Shown here piece by piece: positions 28,503 through 36,708 of a stretch of DNA of 38,033 nucleotides. The stretch comes from Candidatus Nanohalobium sp. Lineage in GTDB: Archaea; Nanohalarchaeota; Nanosalinia; Nanosalinales; Nanosalinaceae. Positions within the stretch are counted from its first letter, which is position 1, and every line of letters begins with the position of its first letter. A model generated the notes under the pieces. That model saw nothing but the letters and a program-made list of their open reading frames with translations, had not been told where the DNA came from and made no database searches. The position numbers and the translations under genes were made by a program. The DNA is taken from positions 1 through 38,033 of the forward strand of contig JBDGSM010000013.1 in NCBI GenBank assembly GCA_042217545.1, given 5' to 3'.

Positions 28503-28791
28503 TTTCGAGTGAAGTGACCTACTACCAATCGGAGATTGGAAGGGGCTTCCCTGTGGGCAATCTCCCAAACCTTTCCACCAAACTTGTCCCATACATCCGG
28601 TCAACAGGGAACTTACGCTTCGGACGGAACCGTCCTGCATAGGTGGCAGGGTTATTTGGTCTCCCTGACATATCAAGGCTGTTACAAGTCCTTTGTAGCC
28701 TCACGCTACCGCTACCTCCCGTCTCACCTATGAAGGTCTTGAGAGGAGGTACAGTTGTCACGTGGCATTAAGGCCTTTAATGCCTGTTGAC
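28503..28791 (-). ncRNA. Candidate ~290-nt structured non-coding RNA, family unassigned
   Basis: At least 7 stems, a 9-bp long-range pair and an 8-bp loop pseudoknot; G-U wobbles favour the minus strand; minus-strand TATA TTTTAAAG (28820-28813) places the TSS at about 28791; 3' end uncertain. Confidence 0.6.
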
Positions 28792-28833
28792 AGGAAATAA
28801 TGGTTGTAAAAACTTTAAAATATCTAATCCTTT

Positions 28834-28896
28834 AGGCTGATTCACCACCTACCTAACTCACTTCGTTCGTGAGGAAGGCGTCCTCTCAGCCCAAAC
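28834..28896 (+). ncRNA. Candidate small hairpin RNA, possibly an H/ACA-like pseudouridylation guide
   Basis: Basal stem GGCTGA/TCAGCC, 6x6 internal loop, upper stem including CTCAC/GTGAG; strand uncertain; no canonical ACA box or K-turn. Confidence 0.35.
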
Positions 28897-28934
28897 TGAT
28901 AGATTTTTTAAGGAGAGGGCTTTAATTATGCAAT

Positions 28935-31784
28935 ATGAGTGGAAGAATAGGTTTCGGTAGAATTTTGTTTGCTGTTCTCTTCTTAGCTGTTCTCGTCTCG
29001 CCGGCTGCGGCGACTTGGGACTTAAGCATTCCAAACCATGTTAACACGAACTCCGGTTCGATATTTACTTCGAACGGTAAGAAGACTGTGGTCTTCGTCA
29101 AAATCCAGACCAATCACGGCGAACCTATCCTTCCATCCGACGTTACAGATTCTTCGGAGTTCGTCTACGAGTACAATAAGAGTTCAGGCAGTTCTAAACA
29201 ACTGAAACATTACCAGGGAGCTTTCTGGTACGCAGACTTCAACGCAGATATCACTAAGCACGACATCTCCGGCGACAAGGCACAAATCCTTTTCGAGGCC
29301 CACGGAGACAGGAGCACAACTGACGGGGTCGACTCAGGTGGCTGGCAGAACACGACAGCAGCTCTCCAGGTCAACAACTACACAGTAAACATAACAGACG
29401 GAATCGAATCACCTATCAACCCGGGCGACAACGTTAACATGACGGTAAACGTTTCTGACCGGGATGGAGTCAACGCACCAGGGGTACAGGACGTCTACGC
29501 ATACTTCAGAAACAGTACAAACGACCTAATCGGCAAAAAAACATTCAGCTACAACTCGACAACAGGCCTTTACAACGTAAGCATAACACCACCCCTAACA
29601 CACGACGAAAAATACCTGATGAGGGTCATCGCAAAGAACAAGACGAGCAAAACATACGGATCAGTCTCCAGATGGGTTACAACCACGAAGGATATCCACG
29701 GAAATATAGAGAACTTCACAGGCCTTAAAGGATGCGACAGACTTCAGGGACAGCCAGTAGCCGCCAACTGCGAACCAGGTGGAAGCATGGACCTCAGCTT
29801 CAACGTTACAGGAGTCCCGGTGGACAACGTAACACTCAGCACCTACAAAGTAAACAGGTCATCCAGTGAACAGCAGCAGATAATGAACAAAACCCTGGGT
29901 AAAAGTGAAGGCCTCTACCAGGGCCAGGTCTCAGTTCCCGGGATAAACACCTCGGCGTTCGAAAACAAGGTAATAGTTAAGATAGAGATGAACAAGGGAG
30001 ACCGCTCAAAGACCATCCATAAAACAATCTCCTACAAGGCCCTCAAACTTGTCCATACAGGAGGCAGGACGACCTCCCAGGGACAGGACTACGATCTAGG
30101 AATCCAGGCCTTGAGACCTATCTCGCTTTCACCGTACGGCGCTTCAGCACTTGACTCGCTGAAGGTGAACGTTACAACTCCTTCAGGAAACCTTTACAGG
30201 AACTACTCGAAATCAGACCTGAGCTTTGATGACGGAAAGATGGTGTTCGACAGGAAGGTCAACATAGGACAGAACGCCGAGTCCGGAGGATGGGACGTCA
30301 GCGCAAAAGGTTCCATCTACGCCCAGAGCGATTCACTGAACTCCGGCTTCTCGGTCGCATCTTCCGACGCATCGATCCAGGTAAACGACACAGAGTACTT
30401 CATGGACGAACGTGGAGAGAAAGACGTCACCCTGGACGTAAAGAACCTGATAACGAGCAATATCACCATCAAGACAAACGTTTCCTCCCAGCTTAGAGGA
30501 ATACTAAACATCAGCGAAGACGGACGGTTCAACGTCTCAGCAGGAGCCAAAAAATCTGTTCCTGTAACCATTCAGAAGACAGATCTCGCGGATAACGTCC
30601 ATGGACAGGTAAACTTCACGGATGTAGACACAGGTTACCAGACACAGGCCTCTGCACGTATCCAGACGCTAGGATGCATGTTCAGCAACGGAAGCCTCTG
30701 CAGCACCACGGGCAAATGGATCAACATCTCCGCCGACTCAAGAGATACGAAACAGGGACATATCGAGATCTACTACACAGCAGGAGAAGGCAAAGCCACT
30801 AACGTAACAGTTAGCAAGCAAGGCAGCATTGCCAGCTTCATAGACATCAACAAGACAAAATATGAAGTAAAAGACGGCCTGACAATCGACCTGAACTACA
30901 CTCCAGTACAGAGAGGAAACTTCACAGGCAACATCATTCTGGAAGCAGACAACGGATCTGTCCTCAGGTACAACACGTCTCTTGAAGCAAACGTCACGGC
31001 ACAGGGAGAAATACTTTCGACAAATACTTCAACAGTCCAGTTAGGAACCCTGCCGGAAGGATCCTCCGAAAACATCGCATTACAGATCCAGAACACAGGA
31101 AGCCTTGATGTAAACAACCTGATCGCGAAATCACAGAGAATGGACGCAGGCCTCGACAACGGACCTGTAGACCTGCCAGCCGGAAGCTCAAAGACCGTGA
31201 CTGTAAGTTTAAGCAACATAAACTCCATGAGCTCCATAATCTTTACAGGAAGTAAAGGACAGGGATCCAACGCATCAACAACAGTACAGGCCCAAGGGAC
31301 AGTAGTCCAGAACTACTCCGCAAAAGCCGGAGACCTGAGAGGCAGGATCAGAGGCCTTCGACCAGTCTCCAAGTCCAACCTTTCCGACACACTCCAGAAA
31401 GTCGACGGAATGATCGGAGCGATAAAGGACCAGTGGTCAAACGAAAAGTACACAGAGGCCAGGAACACATACAGCCAGGCACAGGTACTCCTTGACTACG
31501 TCTCCAACCACAAGGGAACAGACACCAGCGGAAACACCGGAAACACCGGAAGTCCGGGGGACACAGGAAAGAAGGGAAGCCAGGGAGGAGGCAACAACCC
31601 ACCTGGAAGCGGAGGAGACCAGAACCAGGGAGGACAGCAGCAGAAGAAAGAAAGCGGAGGAGGCCTTCCAATCCTGCCGATCGTAGCTGTCGTGCTCGTC
31701 CTCGTCATAGTAGGAGCGGTCGTATACGAAAGCTACATACCTGAAGAAGGAGATCCACTCTACGGACTCCTCGGAGAGGAATAA
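28935..31784 (+). CDS. Large membrane-anchored cell-surface glycoprotein (multiple Ig-like folds)
   Basis: Signal peptide (SPAAA), many N-x-S/T sequons, beta-rich body, Gly/Gln linker, C-terminal TM plus short acidic tail. Confidence 0.8.
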   Translation: MSGRIGFGRILFAVLFLAVLVSPAAATWDLSIPNHVNTNSGSIFTSNGKKTVVFVKIQTNHGEPILPSDVTDSSEFVYEYNKSSGSSKQLKHYQGAFWYADFNADITKHDISGDKAQILFEAHGDRSTTDGVDSGGWQNTTAALQVNNYTVNITDGIESPINPGDNVNMTVNVSDRDGVNAPGVQDVYAYFRNSTNDLIGKKTFSYNSTTGLYNVSITPPLTHDEKYLMRVIAKNKTSKTYGSVSRWVTTTKDIHGNIENFTGLKGCDRLQGQPVAANCEPGGSMDLSFNVTGVPVDNVTLSTYKVNRSSSEQQQIMNKTLGKSEGLYQGQVSVPGINTSAFENKVIVKIEMNKGDRSKTIHKTISYKALKLVHTGGRTTSQGQDYDLGIQALRPISLSPYGASALDSLKVNVTTPSGNLYRNYSKSDLSFDDGKMVFDRKVNIGQNAESGGWDVSAKGSIYAQSDSLNSGFSVASSDASIQVNDTEYFMDERGEKDVTLDVKNLITSNITIKTNVSSQLRGILNISEDGRFNVSAGAKKSVPVTIQKTDLADNVHGQVNFTDVDTGYQTQASARIQTLGCMFSNGSLCSTTGKWINISADSRDTKQGHIEIYYTAGEGKATNVTVSKQGSIASFIDINKTKYEVKDGLTIDLNYTPVQRGNFTGNIILEADNGSVLRYNTSLEANVTAQGEILSTNTSTVQLGTLPEGSSENIALQIQNTGSLDVNNLIAKSQRMDAGLDNGPVDLPAGSSKTVTVSLSNINSMSSIIFTGSKGQGSNASTTVQAQGTVVQNYSAKAGDLRGRIRGLRPVSKSNLSDTLQKVDGMIGAIKDQWSNEKYTEARNTYSQAQVLLDYVSNHKGTDTSGNTGNTGSPGDTGKKGSQGGGNNPPGSGGDQNQGGQQQKKESGGGLPILPIVAVVLVLVIVGAVVYESYIPEEGDPLYGLLGEE

Positions 31785-31785
31785 A

Positions 31786-32241
31786 ATGCCTTCAGCAATG
31801 CTACAGTCGCTGCCACCGGAATTAACAAGCTTCCTGCTCGTGGCCCTGCTGATAGCCGTACTTGTCATCGCCTACAAGATCATGGAGATGGTATTCGAAA
31901 CCCTGACGGTAGCAGCACTGTCAGGAGTCTTCTACGCAGGCCTGACATACCTGTTCTCAGGAGGAAACTTCTCAGGATTCCAGATAAACCAGCTACTGCT
32001 GTTCATCTTCCTAGGAGCAGGCCTCTACATGCTGTACAGCTTCATCATCTCGCTATACCACGCAGGAACCACCCTGATAGAAATACCCCTCATGCTGGTC
32101 AAGGCAACTCTCTACCCATTCAAGAAAATCTGGAGACACCACAGAGAATCCAAGAAGGAGAAGAAACAGCAGGAAAACCAGAAAACCACGAAGGAAGTCG
32201 TACTCGACAAGACAAAGGACGAAGACGATGACGAAGAATAA
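31786..32241 (+). CDS. Hypothetical membrane protein
   Basis: 3-4 TM segments and a charged tail; 1 nt after the upstream stop. Confidence 0.75.
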   Translation: MPSAMLQSLPPELTSFLLVALLIAVLVIAYKIMEMVFETLTVAALSGVFYAGLTYLFSGGNFSGFQINQLLLFIFLGAGLYMLYSFIISLYHAGTTLIEIPLMLVKATLYPFKKIWRHHRESKKEKKQQENQKTTKEVVLDKTKDEDDDEE

Positions 32242-32276
32242 AGACTTTAAACAGTTAGAAACCGAAGAGGGATACA

Positions 32277-32894
32277 ATGGACGTTAAAATACTCGCAGCA
32301 GTCTTCGCCACACTGGCAATAGTATTCGTCGGAATGAACAGCGGAGGCCTCCACCTCGGAGGACTTTCAGGAATCACAGACATATTCAGCTCACCACCGC
32401 CAAAACCCGACACCCATGTACAGGCAGACATCCAGTTCCACACCAACAACACAACTATGAAGGTAAACGGCAACCTCACAGCAGAAGGCCTCACACACTA
32501 TTCTAAAGGCGATGTAAACATCAACGCGGATAAACCGATAAAGTTCCAGGGATTCCAGGGAACAGTATTCATCGAGGACAACGCAACGATCTCCGGAACA
32601 GCAGAAAAACTTGTAACCCCGGGAATCCAGATAAGCAACGTCCACCTCAACAGGGAAACAGATACACCGCTCATCAAGATCACAGGAGCGAAAATGGTAG
32701 GCCTCAAGTTCCGGAGAGCAGACATCAACCTGGACAAGGTCAACGGCTCATCATCTATCAGCCAGACCAACACCACGGTCGAAATCCAGTCCTTCAACGG
32801 CAATATAACCATAAGGCCTCCAGAGAAAAAGATCAGCCTGTCAGGAAACATCAGCAAGGTCTCCGCAGGAGCAACAACCTTCAGCGGAAACTAA
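32277..32894 (+). CDS. Membrane-anchored or secreted beta-rich protein
   Basis: N-terminal TM, Pro linker, N-glycosylation sequons; TATA ctttaaac at 32245. Confidence 0.7.
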   Translation: MDVKILAAVFATLAIVFVGMNSGGLHLGGLSGITDIFSSPPPKPDTHVQADIQFHTNNTTMKVNGNLTAEGLTHYSKGDVNINADKPIKFQGFQGTVFIEDNATISGTAEKLVTPGIQISNVHLNRETDTPLIKITGAKMVGLKFRRADINLDKVNGSSSISQTNTTVEIQSFNGNITIRPPEKKISLSGNISKVSAGATTFSGN

Positions 32895-32927
32895 AACATT
32901 TCACCCATACTCTTCTCTTACAGACCT

Positions 32928-33506
32928 ATGAAAGCAGTCATCCTCGTAGAACCCGAGATACCGGAGAACACAGGATTCACAGCCAGGCTCGCGGACAACT
33001 ACGACGCAGAACTCAGAGTGGTCAACCCGGACTTCCAGCTTGACGAAGCAAGAAAGACAGCGACCAACGCACAGCAAAAACTCAGAGACACAAAGATATA
33101 CGAAAACCTGGAAGAAGCAGTAAAAGACCTCGAACAGGTTATAGGCACCAAACCCGGCAGAGGCCTTCCAGTAGAAAAATTCCAACCACGGGAGAACACC
33201 TCGGTAATCATAGGACGGGAGAGCTCAGGCCTCAGCAACAAAGAACTGGACATGTGCGACGCAGTAGTCCATATAGACCTTCCAGGTTACAGCTCGATGA
33301 ACCAGAGCCATGCAGCAGCCGTCCTCATGCATGAACTCTCCAGCTCCCCGGAAGAACGATCTCTTTCAACGGAACAGAAGAAAGCCATCGGGAAAATACT
33401 CGGCGACGGAAAGATCAAGGAACTACTTCTCAGAGCCTCTCCCACCAGCCAGGAGTACGACAGGCTCATGGGAGAACTCAAAAAACTGGGAGAAAAACAG
33501 CCATAG
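32928..33506 (+). CDS. SPOUT RNA methyltransferase, TrmJ/TrmH family
   Basis: VILVEPEIPENTGFTAR, IGRESSGLSNKEL, YSSMNQSHA. Confidence 0.9.
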   Translation: MKAVILVEPEIPENTGFTARLADNYDAELRVVNPDFQLDEARKTATNAQQKLRDTKIYENLEEAVKDLEQVIGTKPGRGLPVEKFQPRENTSVIIGRESSGLSNKELDMCDAVVHIDLPGYSSMNQSHAAAVLMHELSSSPEERSLSTEQKKAIGKILGDGKIKELLLRASPTSQEYDRLMGELKKLGEKQP

Positions 33507-33592
33507 AGTATTCAGACAGTTACAGGCCTTTCTCCAAACCTATATCCTCCATGATTGAAGGAGTTAAAAATGTAGATACTTACTTTCGAAAC

Positions 33593-34864
33593 ATGGTATT
33601 CGGCTTAATGGCATCGAACGGCGGAGGAATACTCCAGCAGATCTACCAGATCTTCATGATACTATCTTTCCTGATCTTCCCGGCAATGATAATATTCGGA
33701 CCAAGACTGATGATCTGGCAGATATCAAAGAAACTTAACGCAGCCCTCATCGACCTCGAAGCATTCCACAACGACACAAAGGCCTACTTCCTCGACGAAA
33801 TGAACCCGGAGATGGACAAGGCCTTCCAGAAAAAATTCGACTCCATGAAGAACTTCCAGTTCTCACAGCCTACAGGCCTCGACCCTGCAGGAATGGTCGG
33901 AAGACTTGAAAACGTACTGGATGCCTCAGAGGACAAGTTCAAACGTTTCGTAAGACGGAACGCAGATACAGAAGACGAAAACGAACTTGCAAACCTGAAC
34001 ATGGCATTCAAAGGAGTCATGGGAACACAGCAGATCTACAAGGTCATGAGACACTTCAAGGAGCTGGTAACAAAGACCGGTAACTTCCAGCTCATCGGAA
34101 TCACACAGATGATGATCCCGATCTACACAGAACTGGCAGAAGCACAGAAAGGAGCTACAAGAGCCTTCGTCGACGAAGCACCGATTGGCGACGCCATCGG
34201 ACCGCTCGTCGCTGCAAAACTGATCCACGGCGAACCTGAAGAAATCGCAGAGGACATCATCCACAGCGAAGAAGAAATAAACGACCAGACAGCACATGTA
34301 GTGAAATCAAAAGGCCCAGGCGCCCGCCTCGGAAAATACGGCAACGCCATAGATCAGCTTGCCGACGACAACGACCTGGAAGCAATAATCACTGTAGACG
34401 CAGCCTCCAAGTTCGAAGGAGAGGAGACAGGAAAAGTAAACGAAGGAGTCGGCGTCATGATGGGCGGACCAGGAGTAGAAAAATCCAAGATAGAAGACGC
34501 AGCCACAGATCACGACCTACCGCTCGAAGGAGTAGTCATCAAACAGTCACCGCCAGAAGCCTCCAAACCGATGAAGAAAGAGATCTACGACGCCTACAAG
34601 GACGCAGTAGGAAAAGTCGAGGAAGTAGTAGCAGAGTTCGACGGCGAAGTAGTAGTAATCGGCGTAGGAAACACCTGCGGAATCGGCAACAAGAAAGAAG
34701 ACGTGACAAACGTACACAACAGACTTCAGGAGTACTGGAAAGAATACGAGGAAAAAGACGAAGACGACGTCAGCCACATGGGCCTCATGTCAGCGATGCC
34801 AGGAGGAGAAAGCAGCAAACTGGAAGACATGGCAAAGGCCTTCATGTGGAACCTTCCAAGATAA
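33593..34864 (+). CDS. DUF1512 family protein
   Basis: N-terminal TM, PTGLDPAG, PIGDAIGPLVA, ITVDAA.KFEGEETG, VIGVGNT.GIG; start moved to ATG 33593, about 30 nt after gttaaaaa. Confidence 0.85.
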   Translation: MVFGLMASNGGGILQQIYQIFMILSFLIFPAMIIFGPRLMIWQISKKLNAALIDLEAFHNDTKAYFLDEMNPEMDKAFQKKFDSMKNFQFSQPTGLDPAGMVGRLENVLDASEDKFKRFVRRNADTEDENELANLNMAFKGVMGTQQIYKVMRHFKELVTKTGNFQLIGITQMMIPIYTELAEAQKGATRAFVDEAPIGDAIGPLVAAKLIHGEPEEIAEDIIHSEEEINDQTAHVVKSKGPGARLGKYGNAIDQLADDNDLEAIITVDAASKFEGEETGKVNEGVGVMMGGPGVEKSKIEDAATDHDLPLEGVVIKQSPPEASKPMKKEIYDAYKDAVGKVEEVVAEFDGEVVVIGVGNTCGIGNKKEDVTNVHNRLQEYWKEYEEKDEDDVSHMGLMSAMPGGESSKLEDMAKAFMWNLPR

Positions 34865-34878
34865 AAAATTTACCGGGA

Positions 34879-34925
34879 GGAAACGGGAATCAGAAAAAGT
34901 CTCTTCTCCCGTTTCCAGCTTTTTT
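34879..34925. terminator. Inverted repeat between convergent genes
   Basis: GGAAACGGGA (34879-34888) and TCCCGTTTCC (34907-34916), flanked by an A-tract (34863-34868) and a T-tract (34920-34925). Confidence 0.55.
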
Positions 34926-35091
34926 ACTTTCCTCTAAGCTTTCTCCAGATACCGCTCAGAAAGCCGCCGCTTCTAACACCTTCTTTGATCTCAACGTTCC
35001 TCTTACCGTGCTGAAAACCGGCATGCTTCTTCAAGGCCTCCTCACTCGAGAAAACCTCTCCACACTCACCACACTCAAGTAATTCTTTCAT
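34924..35091 (-). CDS. 55-aa C2H2 zinc-finger microprotein
   Basis: Hand translation MKELLECGECGEVFSSEEALKKHAGFQHGKRNVEIKEGVRSGGFLSGIWRKLRGK*; C-x2-C-x3-F-x5-L-x2-H-x4-H. Confidence 0.85.
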   Translation of the reverse strand: MKELLECGECGEVFSSEEALKKHAGFQHGKRNVEIKEGVRSGGFLSGIWRKLRGK

Positions 35092-35164
35092 ACAACCAGA
35101 AATACCGCTTCAGAGTTAAAAAATGACCCAAAACTTTAACCGTCACTATGAGAAAGTAACAATT

Positions 35165-35899
35165 ATGTGGGGCGAGGCCTGGGAGAACTACGAAACGAAA
35201 GACAGCCAAGAGTTCCGGAGCAGAGGACTGGTCACCTCTGAGCTCGAGACACCGGATAAAGGCCTTGAAAAAGTCGAGGAAGTACTAGGATTCTCCCCGG
35301 ACGAAGCCTTTGACAGTTTCAAACAGGAAAGTTTCACTGGCGAAGACTACCAGACAAGAGCCGCCGCAGAACCGGAAGGAGACAAAGTCGTGCTGAAAGG
35401 GTTCAGAGACATGTCACCTCACGTACTGGCCCATGAATCCGTCCACGGACAGATGATGCAGCCCGACGGGGAAAACTATCTGCCTGGCGAAAACCAGTTC
35501 GAGAACAGGATCTACGACGAATTCGTTGCAAGACTGGCGGAGAACGAGATCAGCGACCTCCGTATCGACGAAGGCATGAAGGACGACTTCAGGGAAGCAA
35601 GAGCAGAATATCTCGCAACGAGAAAGAAATACAAGGGGGAACAGCTCTCCCGGCAATTCAAATCACTCTGGAACGACCTGGAACAGACCGACAGAACAAC
35701 AGATGAAAAAATACAGAAGGAGATCGACCAGGCCCTTTTCCCCTACCAGGAGCTCAGAGAACAGGTACTCGCAGCAGAAGCCGCCAAAAGATACAGCAAG
35801 GAACACCAGTACAACATCAAGGAACTCCTCAAACCCGATGAAAAACTTTACAGCCAGACAGTAGAATACATCAAACAGGTGGAAAACGATGTCGCCTGA
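35165..35899 (+). CDS. Putative zincin metallopeptidase-like protein
   Basis: VLAHESVHG (HExxH) followed by YDEFVA, a possible third-ligand helix; start moved to ATG 35165, about 30 nt after ctttaacc. Confidence 0.6.
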   Translation: MWGEAWENYETKDSQEFRSRGLVTSELETPDKGLEKVEEVLGFSPDEAFDSFKQESFTGEDYQTRAAAEPEGDKVVLKGFRDMSPHVLAHESVHGQMMQPDGENYLPGENQFENRIYDEFVARLAENEISDLRIDEGMKDDFREARAEYLATRKKYKGEQLSRQFKSLWNDLEQTDRTTDEKIQKEIDQALFPYQELREQVLAAEAAKRYSKEHQYNIKELLKPDEKLYSQTVEYIKQVENDVA

Positions 35900-36293
35900 A
35901 AAAGAGATAACAGAACAGGAGAAAAAATTCCTGGAAAAACTCTTCCAGTACACACAGGAAATACACGGCGACAGATGGAAAAAAGTCCTGAAAAGAGGCC
36001 TCAACATTCCGGAAAAAGGATTTAAAGAAAAATTCCAGCTCCACATCAACGAAAAAACCAGAAACGAAGAGAAAACAATCAAAAAACTAGAGGAAAAAGC
36101 CCTCATAGAGATAGAAACAGTCACAGAAGAAGTAGACACCAGCAAAAGAGAAGTAACATACAGCAAAACAGAAGAAGGCCTCAGCGAAAGAGAAATCGAA
36201 GACAGAGGAAGAATCAGGGGAGAAAGAGAGAAGAAAAAGCTGAAGATGCCGGACATCGAGGAAATCGCCGGCAAAATCGAGGTGAAAGAATGA
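35889..36293 (+). CDS. Hypothetical protein, paralogue of 36290-36637 (possible wHTH)
   Basis: Shares L..(Y/F)TQ...G..W..VLK...P.KGF...EEK.IK.L..K with the next gene. Confidence 0.7.
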   Translation: MSPEKEITEQEKKFLEKLFQYTQEIHGDRWKKVLKRGLNIPEKGFKEKFQLHINEKTRNEEKTIKKLEEKALIEIETVTEEVDTSKREVTYSKTEEGLSEREIEDRGRIRGEREKKKLKMPDIEEIAGKIEVKE

Positions 36294-36637
36294 AACTTAC
36301 CATACCAGAAGAAAACTACATAGAAGACCTTGCAAAATTCACACAGGACCTCTACGGAAACAACTGGAGGTCAGTACTGAAAAAGGCCTCCGTACCACTA
36401 CCCAGAAAAGGATTTCACAGCAGAACGGAATACTTCCACGAATTCGACACCGGAAAAGAGGAAAAAGTTATCAAACAGCTACAGAAAAAGAACATTGTAG
36501 TAATACGGAACCATGAGATCGACATCCAGGGAGAAACAGATTTCCACGAAAAATACAGCGACGGAAACAACCAGTTCATCGGCATAAGACCTGAAAAACT
36601 CTCTGAACTACATCAACATCTCAACCTCGACGGCTGA
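36290..36637 (+). CDS. Hypothetical protein, paralogue of 35889-36293 (possible wHTH)
   Basis: Same shared motif; ATGA overlap and SD gaggtga. Confidence 0.7.
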   Translation: MKLTIPEENYIEDLAKFTQDLYGNNWRSVLKKASVPLPRKGFHSRTEYFHEFDTGKEEKVIKQLQKKNIVVIRNHEIDIQGETDFHEKYSDGNNQFIGIRPEKLSELHQHLNLDG

Positions 36638-36708
36638 ACGACCTGAAAAAATACCCTGGACGTGTTACTACTCCCAAGTTATAAATAGTAGCGTGAGTAA
36701 TGTTCTTC

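Noticed and set aside
28407..28761. Short ORFs (65-89 aa) across the structured gap
   Set aside because: Atypical non-acidic composition and no motifs; the base-pairing pattern explains the sequence better.
28595..28791. HEARO/omega-RNA or IS200/IS605 end (GUCAAC...GUUGACC)
   Set aside because: Only the terminal hexamer pair is similar; no other HEARO motifs and no iscB, tnpB or tnpA nearby.
28503..28896. RNase P RNA or SRP RNA call for the structured gap
   Set aside because: GAAGGGGCTT (28539) and GAGGAAGGCGTCC (28871) resemble CR-V and CR-I but are in the wrong order and do not form P4. No SRP helix-8 CAGG..GGAA..AGCA motif is present.
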